A stretch of DNA of 64,000 nucleotides, from NCBI GenBank assembly GCA_903917705.1, contig CAIXBQ010000133.1:652-64651 (forward strand). Direction: 5' to 3'. Made by a program: the position numbers and the translations under genes. This document shows positions 9,615 through 19,792 of this stretch, in pieces. The notes under the pieces were generated by a model. That model was not told the origin of the DNA. It worked only from the letters and a program-made list of their open reading frames with translations, and did no database searches. This DNA is from an uncultured Verrucomicrobia subdivision 3 bacterium (lineage in GTDB: Bacteria > Verrucomicrobiota > Verrucomicrobiia > Limisphaerales > UBA11358). Every line of letters starts with the position of its first letter. The first letter of the stretch is position 1.

Positions 9615-9734
9615 TGGGATGGTGAGAATTGAAAGGCTATTCCCGCGCGCGCACCCTGCCCCGCGATTTAACGGTTTAACAATTCAAAGATTCAACCATC
9701 CAGCCCTGCCCTTGGGCGTGAAATGGCGTGGGGC

Positions 9735-10187
9735 TTAATCCGTTTTCTGGAGGCGGCTGCGGTCGGACTTGGCAAAGACCATGGTGTCCAGGGAGAATAA
9801 TCCGCCGCCGGCAATCAGCAGGATGACATAGCCGGCGAGATAGAGAAACGCCACTTCGCCATTCTGCGGTCCGGTGAGCGCGGTCTTGTGCACCATGAGA
9901 AAGGCCACAAACATGTCAATGACCAGCACGGCCGAGGCGACGCGGGTCATGAGGCCCACGGTGAGCATGAGGGAGCCGAGGACTTCGGCCATGATGACGA
10001 GCACCAGGCTGGCTTCCTGCCCGAATCCCAGCGGGTCCTGGAAGGTGCCCACGTAATCATTGAAGTGCGCGAGCTTGTCAAAGCCGTGGTTGAACAGCAT
10101 GGTCAGGCCGAACCACAGCCGGGCGACGAGCAGCGCCATGTGGGTGAGGTCCGAGTCTTCCGAGGGGATGAAGAGTTTCTTGAACAT
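9735..10187 (-). CDS. DoxX family membrane protein
   Basis: RLWFG..M..HGFDKL, AE..G, GL.TR and GGG.FSLD motifs. Confidence 0.88.
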   Translation of the reverse strand: MFKKLFIPSEDSDLTHMALLVARLWFGLTMLFNHGFDKLAHFNDYVGTFQDPLGFGQEASLVLVIMAEVLGSLMLTVGLMTRVASAVLVIDMFVAFLMVHKTALTGPQNGEVAFLYLAGYVILLIAGGGLFSLDTMVFAKSDRSRLQKTD

Positions 10188-10283
10188 GCTGGGACATTAG
10201 CCAAGACGGGTTTTTACCGCCAGTCAAAAAAAGAAACCTTTTGGCACGGCCCCGGCGGCGGACCGCCCGGGGCGGCGCAAGGC

Positions 10284-10928
10284 TCAGACGTGCTTGACCA
10301 GGTCGGCGCCGGGATAGCGGACTTTGGCGAGCTTGGCGTATTTGTCGCTCTCGGCGCGATAGCCGAGGGCGCAGGCCACGACGGTCTTGTAGCCATTGGC
10401 GCCAAGGCCGAGGATGCGGTCGTATTCGGCGGGCACGAGGCCTTCCATGGGACAGGCGTCCACGCGCAGCACGGCGGCGGCGGTCATGAGGTTGCCCAGG
10501 GCGATGTAGCATTGCCGCGCGGCCCATTCGTGCGCGGTCTTGCCGCGGGGGCCGTTGACGACGTCGCCGAGCATCATGTCGCGATAGAAATTAAGGGTCT
10601 CGGCGGGGACGCCGCGGAGCTGGCTGATGCGGACGATGAGCCGGGCGACGTCGGCGGCGTTCATCTCGGTGCGGCCGGTGATGACGACGAAGTGGGAACA
10701 GTCCACCACCTGCTTCTGCCCCCAGGAATGCGGCAGGAGGGCGGCGCGCTTGGCGGGGTCCTGCACGATGAGGAATTGATACGGCTGCAGGCCGTAGCTG
10801 GTGGGGGTGAGGACGAGGGTCTGTTCCAGCGCGGCCCACAGGTCGGCGGGAATCTTCTTGGCGGCGTCAAACACCTTGGTGGCGTAGCGCCAGTTGAGGG
10901 CGTCGAGCAGTGATTGCGAGGTGGTCAT
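10284..10928 (-). CDS. Nitroreductase family NAD(P)H oxidoreductase
   Basis: WRYATKVFD, PTSYGLQP, DACPMEG and ALGYR motifs. Confidence 0.9.
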   Translation of the reverse strand: MTTSQSLLDALNWRYATKVFDAAKKIPADLWAALEQTLVLTPTSYGLQPYQFLIVQDPAKRAALLPHSWGQKQVVDCSHFVVITGRTEMNAADVARLIVRISQLRGVPAETLNFYRDMMLGDVVNGPRGKTAHEWAARQCYIALGNLMTAAAVLRVDACPMEGLVPAEYDRILGLGANGYKTVVACALGYRAESDKYAKLAKVRYPGADLVKHV

Positions 10929-11066
10929 ATTGATTTTATTGTCCGCGTAAAATTACACAGTGAGGCGCAAAAGCAATCCTTTCCTGTCGCCGGCGGGCGA
11001 TTCCGATTTCGGCCGGGTTTTATAATTGCATCCCTGTTATCACAGGCATAGGCTGCGGGCGAGCTT

Positions 11067-11699
11067 ATGAAGAAATTCGGCATTGGATGCGGGGTGCTGG
11101 CGCTGCTGGGCGTCATCGGATTGATCATCGTCATCGTCGTGGCGCTGCTGGCCGGCGGGGGTTACAACCGCATGGTGGCGCTGTCGCAGCGCGTGAACAG
11201 TTCGTGGGCGCAGGTGCAGAATGTTTATCAGCGCCGCGCCGACCTGATCCCCAACCTCGTGGCGACGGTCTCGGGCTCGGCCAATTTCGAGAAATCCACC
11301 CTCACGGAGATCACCGCCGCCCGCGCTTCGGTGGGCCAGGTCAAGATTGACCCGAACAGTTCGCCGACGGATCCGGCGAAGCTGGCGCAGTTCGAGCAGG
11401 CCCAGGGCGCATTGTCGTCCGCCCTGTCCCGCTTGCTGGTGGTGTCGGAGCGGTATCCGGACTTGAAGGCGAGCGCAGGCTTCCGCGACCTGCAGGCGCA
11501 GCTCGAGGGGACGGAGAACCGCATCAGCGTGGAGCGCGGCAACTTCAACCAGGCCGTGCAGGATTACAACACGGCCATCAAGTCGTTCCCGACGGTGTTT
11601 TTCGCGGGGAGGTTCGGCTTCACGGAGAAACCGTACTTCACCGCCACCACCGGCGCCGACAAGCCGCCGCAGGTGCAGTTTGATTTCAACAAGAAATAA
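11067..11699 (+). CDS. lemA: LemA family protein
   Basis: YQRRADLIPNLV, ERYPDLKA and LEGTENRI motifs. Confidence 0.93.
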   Translation: MKKFGIGCGVLALLGVIGLIIVIVVALLAGGGYNRMVALSQRVNSSWAQVQNVYQRRADLIPNLVATVSGSANFEKSTLTEITAARASVGQVKIDPNSSPTDPAKLAQFEQAQGALSSALSRLLVVSERYPDLKASAGFRDLQAQLEGTENRISVERGNFNQAVQDYNTAIKSFPTVFFAGRFGFTEKPYFTATTGADKPPQVQFDFNKK

Positions 11700-11708
11700 G
11701 CCGCGCGC

Positions 11709-12497
11709 ATGAAACGATTCGCCGTCATCCTCCTGGCGCTGTTCTGCCTGACGGCCTTTGCCGCCGAGGTCATGCCGCCGACGCCGGCGAAATACTTCAA
11801 CGACTACGCGGGCGTCACCGCCCCGGCCACGGCCACGCAGCTGAACCAGCGGCTGGAACAGTTTGAGCGCGATACCTCCAGCCAGATCGTCGTGGCCGTC
11901 TTCCCGAAGCTGCAGACCGATTCCTCGATCGAGGATTACTGCGTGCGCGTCTTCAACTCGTGGCACGTCGGCCAGAAGGATAAGAATAATGGCGCGGTGC
12001 TGTTCGTCTTCACCCAGGACCGGAAAATGTATCTGCAGACGGGTTACGGCCTCGAGGGCGCCCTGCCCGACGCGCTCTGCAAACGCATCATCGAGGACGA
12101 AATCAAACCGTCCTTCAAGGCCGGCGATTTCAATGCCGGCCTCACCGCCGGCGTGAACGCCATCCTCGCCGCGGCCAAAGGCGAATACAAGGGCACCGGC
12201 CGGACCGTGGCGGATCAGCATTTCGCCATGCCGTCCGGCAACGACAACCTGGTCCCGTTAATCGGCATGCTTTTTTTCGTCGGGATTTTCATATCGTTCT
12301 TTGTCCTGGCCGCCTCCGCCAATCGCAAGGGCCGCCGCTCGGGCGGCCGATGGCATGGCTGGACCATCGGCAGCGGCAGCTCTTCCAGCGGCTGGAGCAG
12401 CGGCGACAGCGGGTGGTCCGGTGGCGGCGATAGCGGGGGTGGTTTTTCCGGCGGCGGCGGCAGCTCCGGCGGCGGCGGAGCGGGAGGGAGTTGGTGA
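11709..12497 (+). CDS. TPM-domain protein with Gly-rich tail (YgcG-like)
   Basis: WHVGQKDKNNG, GYGLEGALPD and GGFSGGGGSSGGGGAGGSW. Confidence 0.9.
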   Translation: MKRFAVILLALFCLTAFAAEVMPPTPAKYFNDYAGVTAPATATQLNQRLEQFERDTSSQIVVAVFPKLQTDSSIEDYCVRVFNSWHVGQKDKNNGAVLFVFTQDRKMYLQTGYGLEGALPDALCKRIIEDEIKPSFKAGDFNAGLTAGVNAILAAAKGEYKGTGRTVADQHFAMPSGNDNLVPLIGMLFFVGIFISFFVLAASANRKGRRSGGRWHGWTIGSGSSSSGWSSGDSGWSGGGDSGGGFSGGGGSSGGGGAGGSW

Positions 12498-12498
12498 C

Positions 12499-12933
12499 AT
12501 GAAATTCACCGACTTCATCGGCCAGCTCCGGCACGACGACCTCGTGGCGGCCATCCGCGCGGCGGAGCAAAAGACTTCCGGCGAAATCCGCATCTTCATC
12601 AGCCATCACAAGGTCGCCGACCCGGTCGCGGCGGCGCAGGCGCAGTTCGAGCGGCTGGGCATGACCCGGACCCGCCACCGCAATGCCGTGCTGATCTTCG
12701 TCGCCCCGATGTCGCGCAAATTCGCGATCCACGGTGACCAGGGCGTGCATCAGAAATGCGGCGATGCATTCTGGCGCTCGGTCGCGGCGGAAATATCCGG
12801 TCACTTTGGCCGGTCCGAATTCACCGCCGGCATCATTCATGGCATCCGCCAGGCCGGCGATTTGCTTGCCGCCCATTTTCCGCCGCAGCCCGGCGACACC
12901 AACGAATTGCCCGACCAGATCGTGGAAGGTTGA
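12499..12933 (+). CDS. TPM-domain protein
   Basis: AEQKTSGEIR, T..RNAVLI, GDQG and NELPD; typical third gene of lemA operons. Confidence 0.88.
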   Translation: MKFTDFIGQLRHDDLVAAIRAAEQKTSGEIRIFISHHKVADPVAAAQAQFERLGMTRTRHRNAVLIFVAPMSRKFAIHGDQGVHQKCGDAFWRSVAAEISGHFGRSEFTAGIIHGIRQAGDLLAAHFPPQPGDTNELPDQIVEG

Positions 12934-12971
12934 TCCCGGCTTGGTCCGGCAGGCCAATTATTCCTGCTCTG

Positions 12972-13589
12972 ATGAGTTCAAGCCCGCTTCACATCCGCCG
13001 CGCCACGGTGGACGACCTGCCCGCGCTCCGGTCGCTGTGGACGGCGGCGCGGCTGCCGGCGGAGGAACTGGAAGGCCGGCTCACAGAATTCCAGGTCGTG
13101 GAGACCGGCGGCGTCTTCGCCGGCGCGCTCGGCCTGCAACTGCTGCGGACGCACGCGCGGCTGCACAGCGAGGATTACGCGGATTTCGCCGTGGCCGACG
13201 CCGCGCGGGAATTGTTTTGGGAACGTATCCAGAATCTGGCCGCCAATCACGGGGTCTTCCGGGTGTGGACGCAGGAGACTTCGCCGTTCTGGACGCGCTG
13301 GGGCTTTCAGCCGGCTGGCGCGGAAATCCTCGCCCGGCTCCCGGAGGAATGGAAACCGCTGGAAGGGCGCTGGCTCACGCTGGAGCTGAAGAATGAGGAG
13401 GCCATCGAAACGGCGCTGGGCGACCGGTTCGCCGGCTTCATGGACGCCGAGAAGAAACAGACCGCCCAGGTCGCCGCGCAGGCGCGGAATCTCAAGCTCT
13501 TCGTCACCGTCGCCGGCTTCGCGATATTTTTCCTCAGCCTCGCCGTGCTGGTCTGGCTGCTACTGCACCGGCCATCAGGCCTGCGCTGA
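12972..13589 (+). CDS. GNAT-like protein with C-terminal TM helix
   Basis: IRRATVDDLPAL N-terminus, GNAT-like pattern, hydrophobic C-terminus. Confidence 0.6.
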   Translation: MSSSPLHIRRATVDDLPALRSLWTAARLPAEELEGRLTEFQVVETGGVFAGALGLQLLRTHARLHSEDYADFAVADAARELFWERIQNLAANHGVFRVWTQETSPFWTRWGFQPAGAEILARLPEEWKPLEGRWLTLELKNEEAIETALGDRFAGFMDAEKKQTAQVAAQARNLKLFVTVAGFAIFFLSLAVLVWLLLHRPSGLR

Positions 13590-14510
13590 CGCCGCGTTGA
13601 ACTCGTCCGCGTGATACGAGCTGCGCACCATCGGCCCGCTCGCGACGTGGACAAAGCCCAGCGCCTCCGCCTGCTGCTTGAAGAACGCAAACTTCTCCGG
13701 AGCGATGAATTCCTTCACCGGCAGCAGCTTCAAGGAGGGCTGCAGATACTGGCCGAGCGTGAGGATGTCGCAGCCCGACGCCCGCAAATCCTGCAGGGCC
13801 GCCAGCACTTCCTCGTCGCGCTCGCCCAAGCCGAGCATCATGCCGGACTTGGTGTAAATGGTTTTGCCGCGCCGATCTTTCACTTTCTTCAACACGCTCA
13901 ACGAGCGGTCGTAGGTCGCGCGATGGCGCACTTCCGGCGTCAGGCGGCGGACCGTTTCCAGATTGTGGTTGAAGATGTTCGGGTTCGCGGCCAGCACCAT
14001 TTCGATGGAATCATCGCTGTCCTGAAAATCCGGCACCAGCACTTCGATGACAGTTTTCGGATTCAGCCGGCGCACGGCTTCGATCGTCTGGCGGAAATGG
14101 TCCGCGCCGCCATCCGCGATGTCGTCGCGCGCCACGGCGGTAATGACGACGTGCTTCAGCCGCATCCTGCGGGTGGCTTCGGCCACGCGGAGCGGTTCGT
14201 CAGCCTCGAGCGCGAGCGGCTTGGCCGTGCTGACCGCGCAAAAGCCGCAGGCGCGTGTGCAGCGGTCGCCGGCGATCATGAAGGTGGCCGTGCCTTTTTC
14301 CCAGCACTCCCAATGATTCGGGCACTGCGCGCTCTCGCAGACGGTGTGCAGCTTGAGTTCGCCCAGCAGATTGCGCGTCTGCGCGAAGCTGTCCGACGTG
14401 GGCAGCTTGATGCGGAGCCATTCGGGCAGGCGCGGGCGTGAACCGTTGAGGGGCTGAACGGTTGAACCGGTCGGCGACTGCACGCCTGCGGGTTTGGACG
14501 ATGTGACCAT
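13575..14510 (-). CDS. lipA: Lipoyl synthase
   Basis: CESAQCPNHWEC, CTRACGFC and VRSSY motifs. Confidence 0.95.
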   Translation of the reverse strand: MVTSSKPAGVQSPTGSTVQPLNGSRPRLPEWLRIKLPTSDSFAQTRNLLGELKLHTVCESAQCPNHWECWEKGTATFMIAGDRCTRACGFCAVSTAKPLALEADEPLRVAEATRRMRLKHVVITAVARDDIADGGADHFRQTIEAVRRLNPKTVIEVLVPDFQDSDDSIEMVLAANPNIFNHNLETVRRLTPEVRHRATYDRSLSVLKKVKDRRGKTIYTKSGMMLGLGERDEEVLAALQDLRASGCDILTLGQYLQPSLKLLPVKEFIAPEKFAFFKQQAEALGFVHVASGPMVRSSYHADEFNAASAQA

Positions 14511-14526
14511 GTGATATTTTAAAGAT

Positions 14527-14772
14527 TCACGATTGGGGTTCCAGCTTTTCCCAGAACTTCGCCAGTTCCTCCGGGCCGAAGTCGGCGAGAATTTTGCCAT
14601 CCACGTCAATCACCGGGGCGAGGCGCTGGCCGGAGAGATTGACCATTTCCGTCATCGCCTTGCTGTCGGCAATCACATCGAGGGTCTGATATCTGACGCC
14701 GCGACCATCCAGCCAGGCGACCGCCTGGTGGCACCACGGGCAATACGGTTTGATGAAGAGACGGATGCTCAT
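14527..14772 (-). CDS. Glutaredoxin-like protein
   Basis: CPWC active site; SGQRLAPVI. Confidence 0.85.
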   Translation of the reverse strand: MSIRLFIKPYCPWCHQAVAWLDGRGVRYQTLDVIADSKAMTEMVNLSGQRLAPVIDVDGKILADFGPEELAKFWEKLEPQS

Positions 14773-15152
14773 CCGCCGATCTGCTGCTGGTAACTTTCCG
14801 GCGTAAGGAGGGCGGCGAGTTCCGCCGGGTTGCTCAATTTGATTTTGTACAGCCAGCCGCCGGCGTGCGGGTCGGTGTTCACGAGGGCCGGATTTTCCAC
14901 CACGGCCGGGTTGACCTCGGTGATCTGGCCGCTGACGGGCGAATAAATGTCGCTCGCAGTCTTGACGGATTCCACCACGGCGCAGGCTTCGCCGGCCTTC
15001 ACCTGGCGGCCCACGGCGGGCAGTTCCACGAACACGATGTCGGTCAGTTCATGCTGCGCATGGTCGGTGATGCCGACGGTTCCGGTGTCGCCGCTGGGAC
15101 GAACCCATTCGTGTGATTTGGCGTATCTGAGGTCGCTAGGAATGTTGCTCAT
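14769..15152 (-). CDS. gcvH: Glycine cleavage H protein
   Basis: SHEW, GITDHAQ and VESVKTASDIYSP lipoyl-Lys motif. Confidence 0.95.
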   Translation of the reverse strand: MSNIPSDLRYAKSHEWVRPSGDTGTVGITDHAQHELTDIVFVELPAVGRQVKAGEACAVVESVKTASDIYSPVSGQITEVNPAVVENPALVNTDPHAGGWLYKIKLSNPAELAALLTPESYQQQIGG

Positions 15153-15266
15153 AAATGGTGTTTGAGATTACGCGAATCCGCCGATGCCAACAAACCCAAA
15201 AATGTGGTAGTCGCGGCGGCGGATTTACGATTGACAAAGGCGGCGCGATTCGCGGGTTTACGCCGC

Positions 15267-16742
15267 TCACAAGTACTGCGTCAGCAAGCCCGGTGCGCAG
15301 CCAAATAAAATCACCAGCGCTGCGAGCAGCGCCAGCGCGAACAGGGTCAGGCCCGGAACCTTGATGGCCGGCGCGGCTTCGGCGGCGTCCTGCACGTAAG
15401 CCGCCTTCAGCACGCGCAGGTAGTAATAGAATGACACCGCGCTCATCGCGATGGCCAGGATCACCAGCCAGAGCAGCCCGAGATTTTTTTCCGCCCCGAC
15501 CGCCGCGCTGAACAGAAAGAATTTGCCGATGAAACCGGCCAGCGGCGGGATGCCGCCGAGCGAGAGCAGGAAAACCAGCAGGCATAGCGACAATCCCGGC
15601 GCGCGGCGGCTTAGGCCGGCGAAATTCGCAATCGCGTCACCGCCCGTGGCGGCTTCCACCACCGTCACCACGCCGAACGCGCCGATCACGGTCAGCGCGT
15701 AGGTGATGACGTAAAACATCAGCGCGCTGCTGCTGGTTGGCGTGTTGCCGAGCACGCCCAGCAGCATGTAACCCGCGTGGGCAATGGCCGAGTAGGCCAG
15801 CAGTCGCTTGACGCTGGATTGCACAATGGCGGTGAGGTTGCCCAGCACCATCGAGAGCGCGGCGACGATGGCGACCGCCGGCGTCCAGCCCGCCACGTAG
15901 CCGTGCCAGACGGCGCTGCCTTCCGCGCCGACGAAACCGAGTGTGAATATTTTGGCCAGGATGTAGAAGCTCGCGACCTTGGAGCCGGCCCCGATGAATG
16001 CCGCGCTCGGCGTGGGCGCGCCTTCGTAGGCATCCGGCGCCCAAAGGTGTAACGGCACGGCGGCCACCTTGAAGCCAAAGCCGATGACGGTCGTCACCAT
16101 GGCGACGATCAGCAGCGGGTCGGTCCCCTTGCCCGACAACCCGCGGGCGATTTCCGGCAGATTGGTCGAGCCGGAAATGCCATAGAGCAGGCTGAACCCG
16201 AAGAGTAGAAACGCCGCCGACATGCCGCCGAACAGGAAGTATTTCAGCGCGGCCTCGCTGGACTTGGCGTTGTGCTTGTTGAACGCGGTGAGGATGTAAA
16301 GCGAGAGGCTCGCGAGTTCCAGCGCGATGAAAATCATCAGCAGATCCTCGGCGCTCACCAGGAACATCAGGCCCAGCGTGCCGAGCAGGATCAGCGAAAG
16401 ATATTCGCCGACGTGATCGGTGAATTTGCCGGACGTGGAGATCAGGATGGTGAAGATCGTCAACACCAGCAGCGCGACTTTCACGAAATCGGATGACTGC
16501 CCCACCACCAGCATGCCGCTGAACAGGTTGAATTCCATCTGGCCGGCTTGGCGGGTGAACGCGAAGACCGCCGCCGATGCGCAGCCCAGCACGGCCAGCA
16601 GTGCGCCCGCATTGAAGCGGGCGGCAATGGATTTGCCGCGCAACAGGGTCAGGTCGGCGCCCAGCACCACCAGCACCGTGAGCGTCACGATCGTTTCAGG
16701 GGCAGCAAGCTGAAGAATTTGCAGGTAGTTCACGGGGTTCAT
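15267..16742 (-). CDS. nuoN: Complex I subunit N
   Basis: EAALKYF, FKVAAVP.H.WAPDAYEGAP and KRLLAYSAIAHAGY. Confidence 0.93.
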   Translation of the reverse strand: MNPVNYLQILQLAAPETIVTLTVLVVLGADLTLLRGKSIAARFNAGALLAVLGCASAAVFAFTRQAGQMEFNLFSGMLVVGQSSDFVKVALLVLTIFTILISTSGKFTDHVGEYLSLILLGTLGLMFLVSAEDLLMIFIALELASLSLYILTAFNKHNAKSSEAALKYFLFGGMSAAFLLFGFSLLYGISGSTNLPEIARGLSGKGTDPLLIVAMVTTVIGFGFKVAAVPLHLWAPDAYEGAPTPSAAFIGAGSKVASFYILAKIFTLGFVGAEGSAVWHGYVAGWTPAVAIVAALSMVLGNLTAIVQSSVKRLLAYSAIAHAGYMLLGVLGNTPTSSSALMFYVITYALTVIGAFGVVTVVEAATGGDAIANFAGLSRRAPGLSLCLLVFLLSLGGIPPLAGFIGKFFLFSAAVGAEKNLGLLWLVILAIAMSAVSFYYYLRVLKAAYVQDAAEAAPAIKVPGLTLFALALLAALVILFGCAPGLLTQYL

Positions 16743-18244
16743 TGTGAAACTCCTTTCACCAGCAGGCGGCCAAACATCGAAAGCGGGGAGGTAAAGCAGG
16801 GTTCAATCCAGTTCATCAGCAAGCCGGGGAAAAGGCCGATCACCAGCGATGCGCCGATGAGCATCACCGCGCCAAATCGTTCGGGCCTGGTGATCGGCTC
16901 GAGCGGATGATCCGGGTCGGCGGGCCTTGGCGGCGCATCCGAATAAAAACCATTTTGCACCGCGCGCAAAGTGTAGACCACGCCCACCAGGATGCCGATG
17001 CCGGAGAGGATCGTCAGCTTCGGGAACACCGCCCATGCGCCCATCAGCACCTGCATTTCCGCAACGAATCCGCTGAAGCCGGGCAAACCCATCGAGGCGA
17101 TGCCCGCGATCACAAACGTCACGCCCGCAAACGGCAGCAGTTTGCCGAGTTGCATCGTTTCCAGGTCGTTGAAGTCGCGGGTGTGCGTGCGGTCGTAAAC
17201 CATGCGTCCCACCACGGCAAACAGCAGCCCGGCGATGATGCCGTGCGAAAACATCTGCAGCACCGCGCCGTCGAAGCCGATGGTGTTGAGCGTCGCCAGG
17301 CCGAGCAGCACGAAGCCCATGTGGCTCACGCTGGAGTAGCCGATGACGAATTTGAAATCCTTTTGCACCAGCGCCACGCCCGCGCCGTAGACGATGCCGG
17401 CGACGGCCAGGCAGGCGATCTCGCCCTGCCACATCTTCACGCCTTCGGGAAACATCACCATCGCCACGCGCAGGCAGCCGTAAGCGCCCAGCTTCATCAC
17501 CACGCCGGCGAGCAGCATCGAGCCGGCGGTCGGCGCGGCGACGTGACCGGTCGGCGCCCAGGTGTGAAACGGCCACATGCCCGCGAGGATCGCGAAACCG
17601 ACGAACACCAGCGGAAACACCCAGTATTGAAATGCGACGGGAAAAGCGACCTTGGAAAGCTCCATCAAATCGAGCGAGGCGTGCCCGAGTTGTCCGCGCG
17701 CCACGACCCACGCGGCGATCAGGCCGATCAGCACCAGATGGCTGCCGACAAACGAATAAATCGCCAGCTTCATCGCCCCGTATTCCTTGCGGGTGCTGCC
17801 CCAGCGCGCGATGAGAAAGTATTTCGGGATGATCGTCAGTTCGTAAAACACAAACAGCAGCAGCACGTCAAAACTCAAGAACACGCCATACACGCCGCCG
17901 ATCAGCGCCAGAAAGAAGGCAAAGAACTCCTTTGTCCGTTTCTCGATATTCCAGGAAAACAAAATGCCGCTGACCGCCGCGAGGCCGGTCAGGACGACCA
18001 GAACTAGACTGATTCCATCCGCCGCCAGGTAATAGTGCGCGCCGATGGCGGGAATCCAGTCGAGCTTCGTGATCGTGGCGACTTCCCCGGGATGGGGCTG
18101 CTGAATGGCGCCGGCGAAGGCCGCCACGCAGCCGGCGATGGCCGTGAGCAAGGCGACGATGCGGGCGGCCCGCGCGTTGTCGCGCGGCAGGAGCATCAGC
18201 ACCAGCACCCCGAAAAATGTTATGTAAATGGTCCAGGCCAGCAT
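16739..18244 (-). CDS. nuoM: Complex I subunit M (second copy)
   Basis: PFHTWAP..H..AP, LAGVVMKLGAYG, YSSVSHMG, QMFSHG and GLPGFSGFVAE. Confidence 0.92.
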   Translation of the reverse strand: MLAWTIYITFFGVLVLMLLPRDNARAARIVALLTAIAGCVAAFAGAIQQPHPGEVATITKLDWIPAIGAHYYLAADGISLVLVVLTGLAAVSGILFSWNIEKRTKEFFAFFLALIGGVYGVFLSFDVLLLFVFYELTIIPKYFLIARWGSTRKEYGAMKLAIYSFVGSHLVLIGLIAAWVVARGQLGHASLDLMELSKVAFPVAFQYWVFPLVFVGFAILAGMWPFHTWAPTGHVAAPTAGSMLLAGVVMKLGAYGCLRVAMVMFPEGVKMWQGEIACLAVAGIVYGAGVALVQKDFKFVIGYSSVSHMGFVLLGLATLNTIGFDGAVLQMFSHGIIAGLLFAVVGRMVYDRTHTRDFNDLETMQLGKLLPFAGVTFVIAGIASMGLPGFSGFVAEMQVLMGAWAVFPKLTILSGIGILVGVVYTLRAVQNGFYSDAPPRPADPDHPLEPITRPERFGAVMLIGASLVIGLFPGLLMNWIEPCFTSPLSMFGRLLVKGVSQ

Positions 18245-18245
18245 T

Positions 18246-19792
18246 TTAGAAATTCAGTTGTTGCACCAGTTTCACGACGGTCGCGTCCACCGCGCCCAAA
18301 ATAAACTGCGGCCAGATGCCCAGCCCGAACATCAGGGCGATGCTGGGCAGCACGAGGAACCGCTCCGCCGTCGTGAGGTCGGGCAGTTTCGCCCAGCGCT
18401 CGTTCAGCGGACCGCAGAAAACGCGCTGGATGAGCGTGAGCAGGAAAATCGCCGTGACCAGTATGCCGATGGTGGAAATCGCCGCCGCCCATGGCGCCAG
18501 CGGAAACACGCCCTTGAAGATCAGGAATTCGCCGACAAAGCCGTTCAGGCCCGGCAACCCGAGCGACGAGAACAGCGCAATCCCCATCAGGCCGGTGAAC
18601 ACGGGCACGACTTTGCGGAGGCCGCCGAAATCATCAAGGCCGCGCAGGCCCCCGCTGCGTTTTTCGATGAGCGACACGAACAGGAACAGCGCTGACGCCG
18701 TGAGGCCGTGGTTGAACATTTGCAACGCGCGCCGTCAAGGGCGGCGGCTTTCTGGAGGTCGGAATTATTCACGCCCGTCACCACGCTGGTCGCCGCAAAC
18801 AGCGCCAGCAGGCAATAGCCGAGGTGGTTGATGGACGAATAGGCGAGCATGCGCTTGAGGTCGCGCTGCGCAAACGCGGCGCAGGCCGAGAGCACGATGG
18901 TCGCCACGGCCAGCCAGAGCAGCGGCGTCAGCACCTGCCGGATCTGTTCGGGGAAAATCGGCAGCAGAATCCGCAGGAATCCATACATGCCCATTTTGGA
19001 CATGACGCCGGTCAGCAGCATGGTCACCGGGCTGGGCGCTTCGGCATATGCGGCGGGCAGCCAGGTGTGGAACGGGATCGCGGGAACTTTTACCGCAAAG
19101 CCGAGGAAGGCGCCGAAGAAGACTATCAGGCCGATGTTCGATTTCCAGCTGAGCCAGGGCATCATTGCGGCAAGCTTCGTGTTCAGTTCGCCGGTCTTCG
19201 CCATATTGGCCAGGTCAATGAAGTCAAAGCTGCCCGTCGCTAGGCGAATGACCAGAAAGCTCAGCAGCAATGCCACGCTGCCGACCATTGTGTAGATGAA
19301 AAATTGCGTCGCCGCCGGGCCGCGTTTCGGGCCGCCCCAGAGCTTGATGAGAAAAAATGCCGGAATCAGGCCGAGTTCCCAGAACAGGAACCAATGGAAA
19401 AAATTCAGCGCGGTGAATGTGCCGAACAAACCGGCCTGCAACCACAGGATGAGCGCATGATAAACCTGGGGGCGGTCATCCATGCGCCAGGAAGCTAGAA
19501 TTGCCAGCGGCGTGACGATGGCCGTAAGCAACACCATCAACAGGCCGAGGCCGTCCACGCCGAGAAAATATTGGATCCCAAGCGACTTGACCCAGTCGAA
19601 TTTTTCGATAAATTGGAGTTCGCCGGTTTTGGCTTCGAAATGCAGCCACAGGCACAGTGCGCCGCCTAGTCCGACAAGGCTGCAGGCCAGCGCGAGGCCG
19701 CGAACGAGATTTTTCCGTTCCGCGCCAAGCCCGGCGATGACGAGGCCGCCGAGAAATGGAACAAGTGTGAGAATGGTCAGCCAGTGATTCAT
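18246..19792 (-). CDS. nuoM: Complex I subunit M (first copy), frameshifted near 18730
   Basis: N-part (PFHTWLP.AY.EAP, YSSINHLG) and C-part (LQMFNHG, GLPGLNGFVGE) are in different frames; one base appears missing after ALDGA. Confidence 0.85.
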
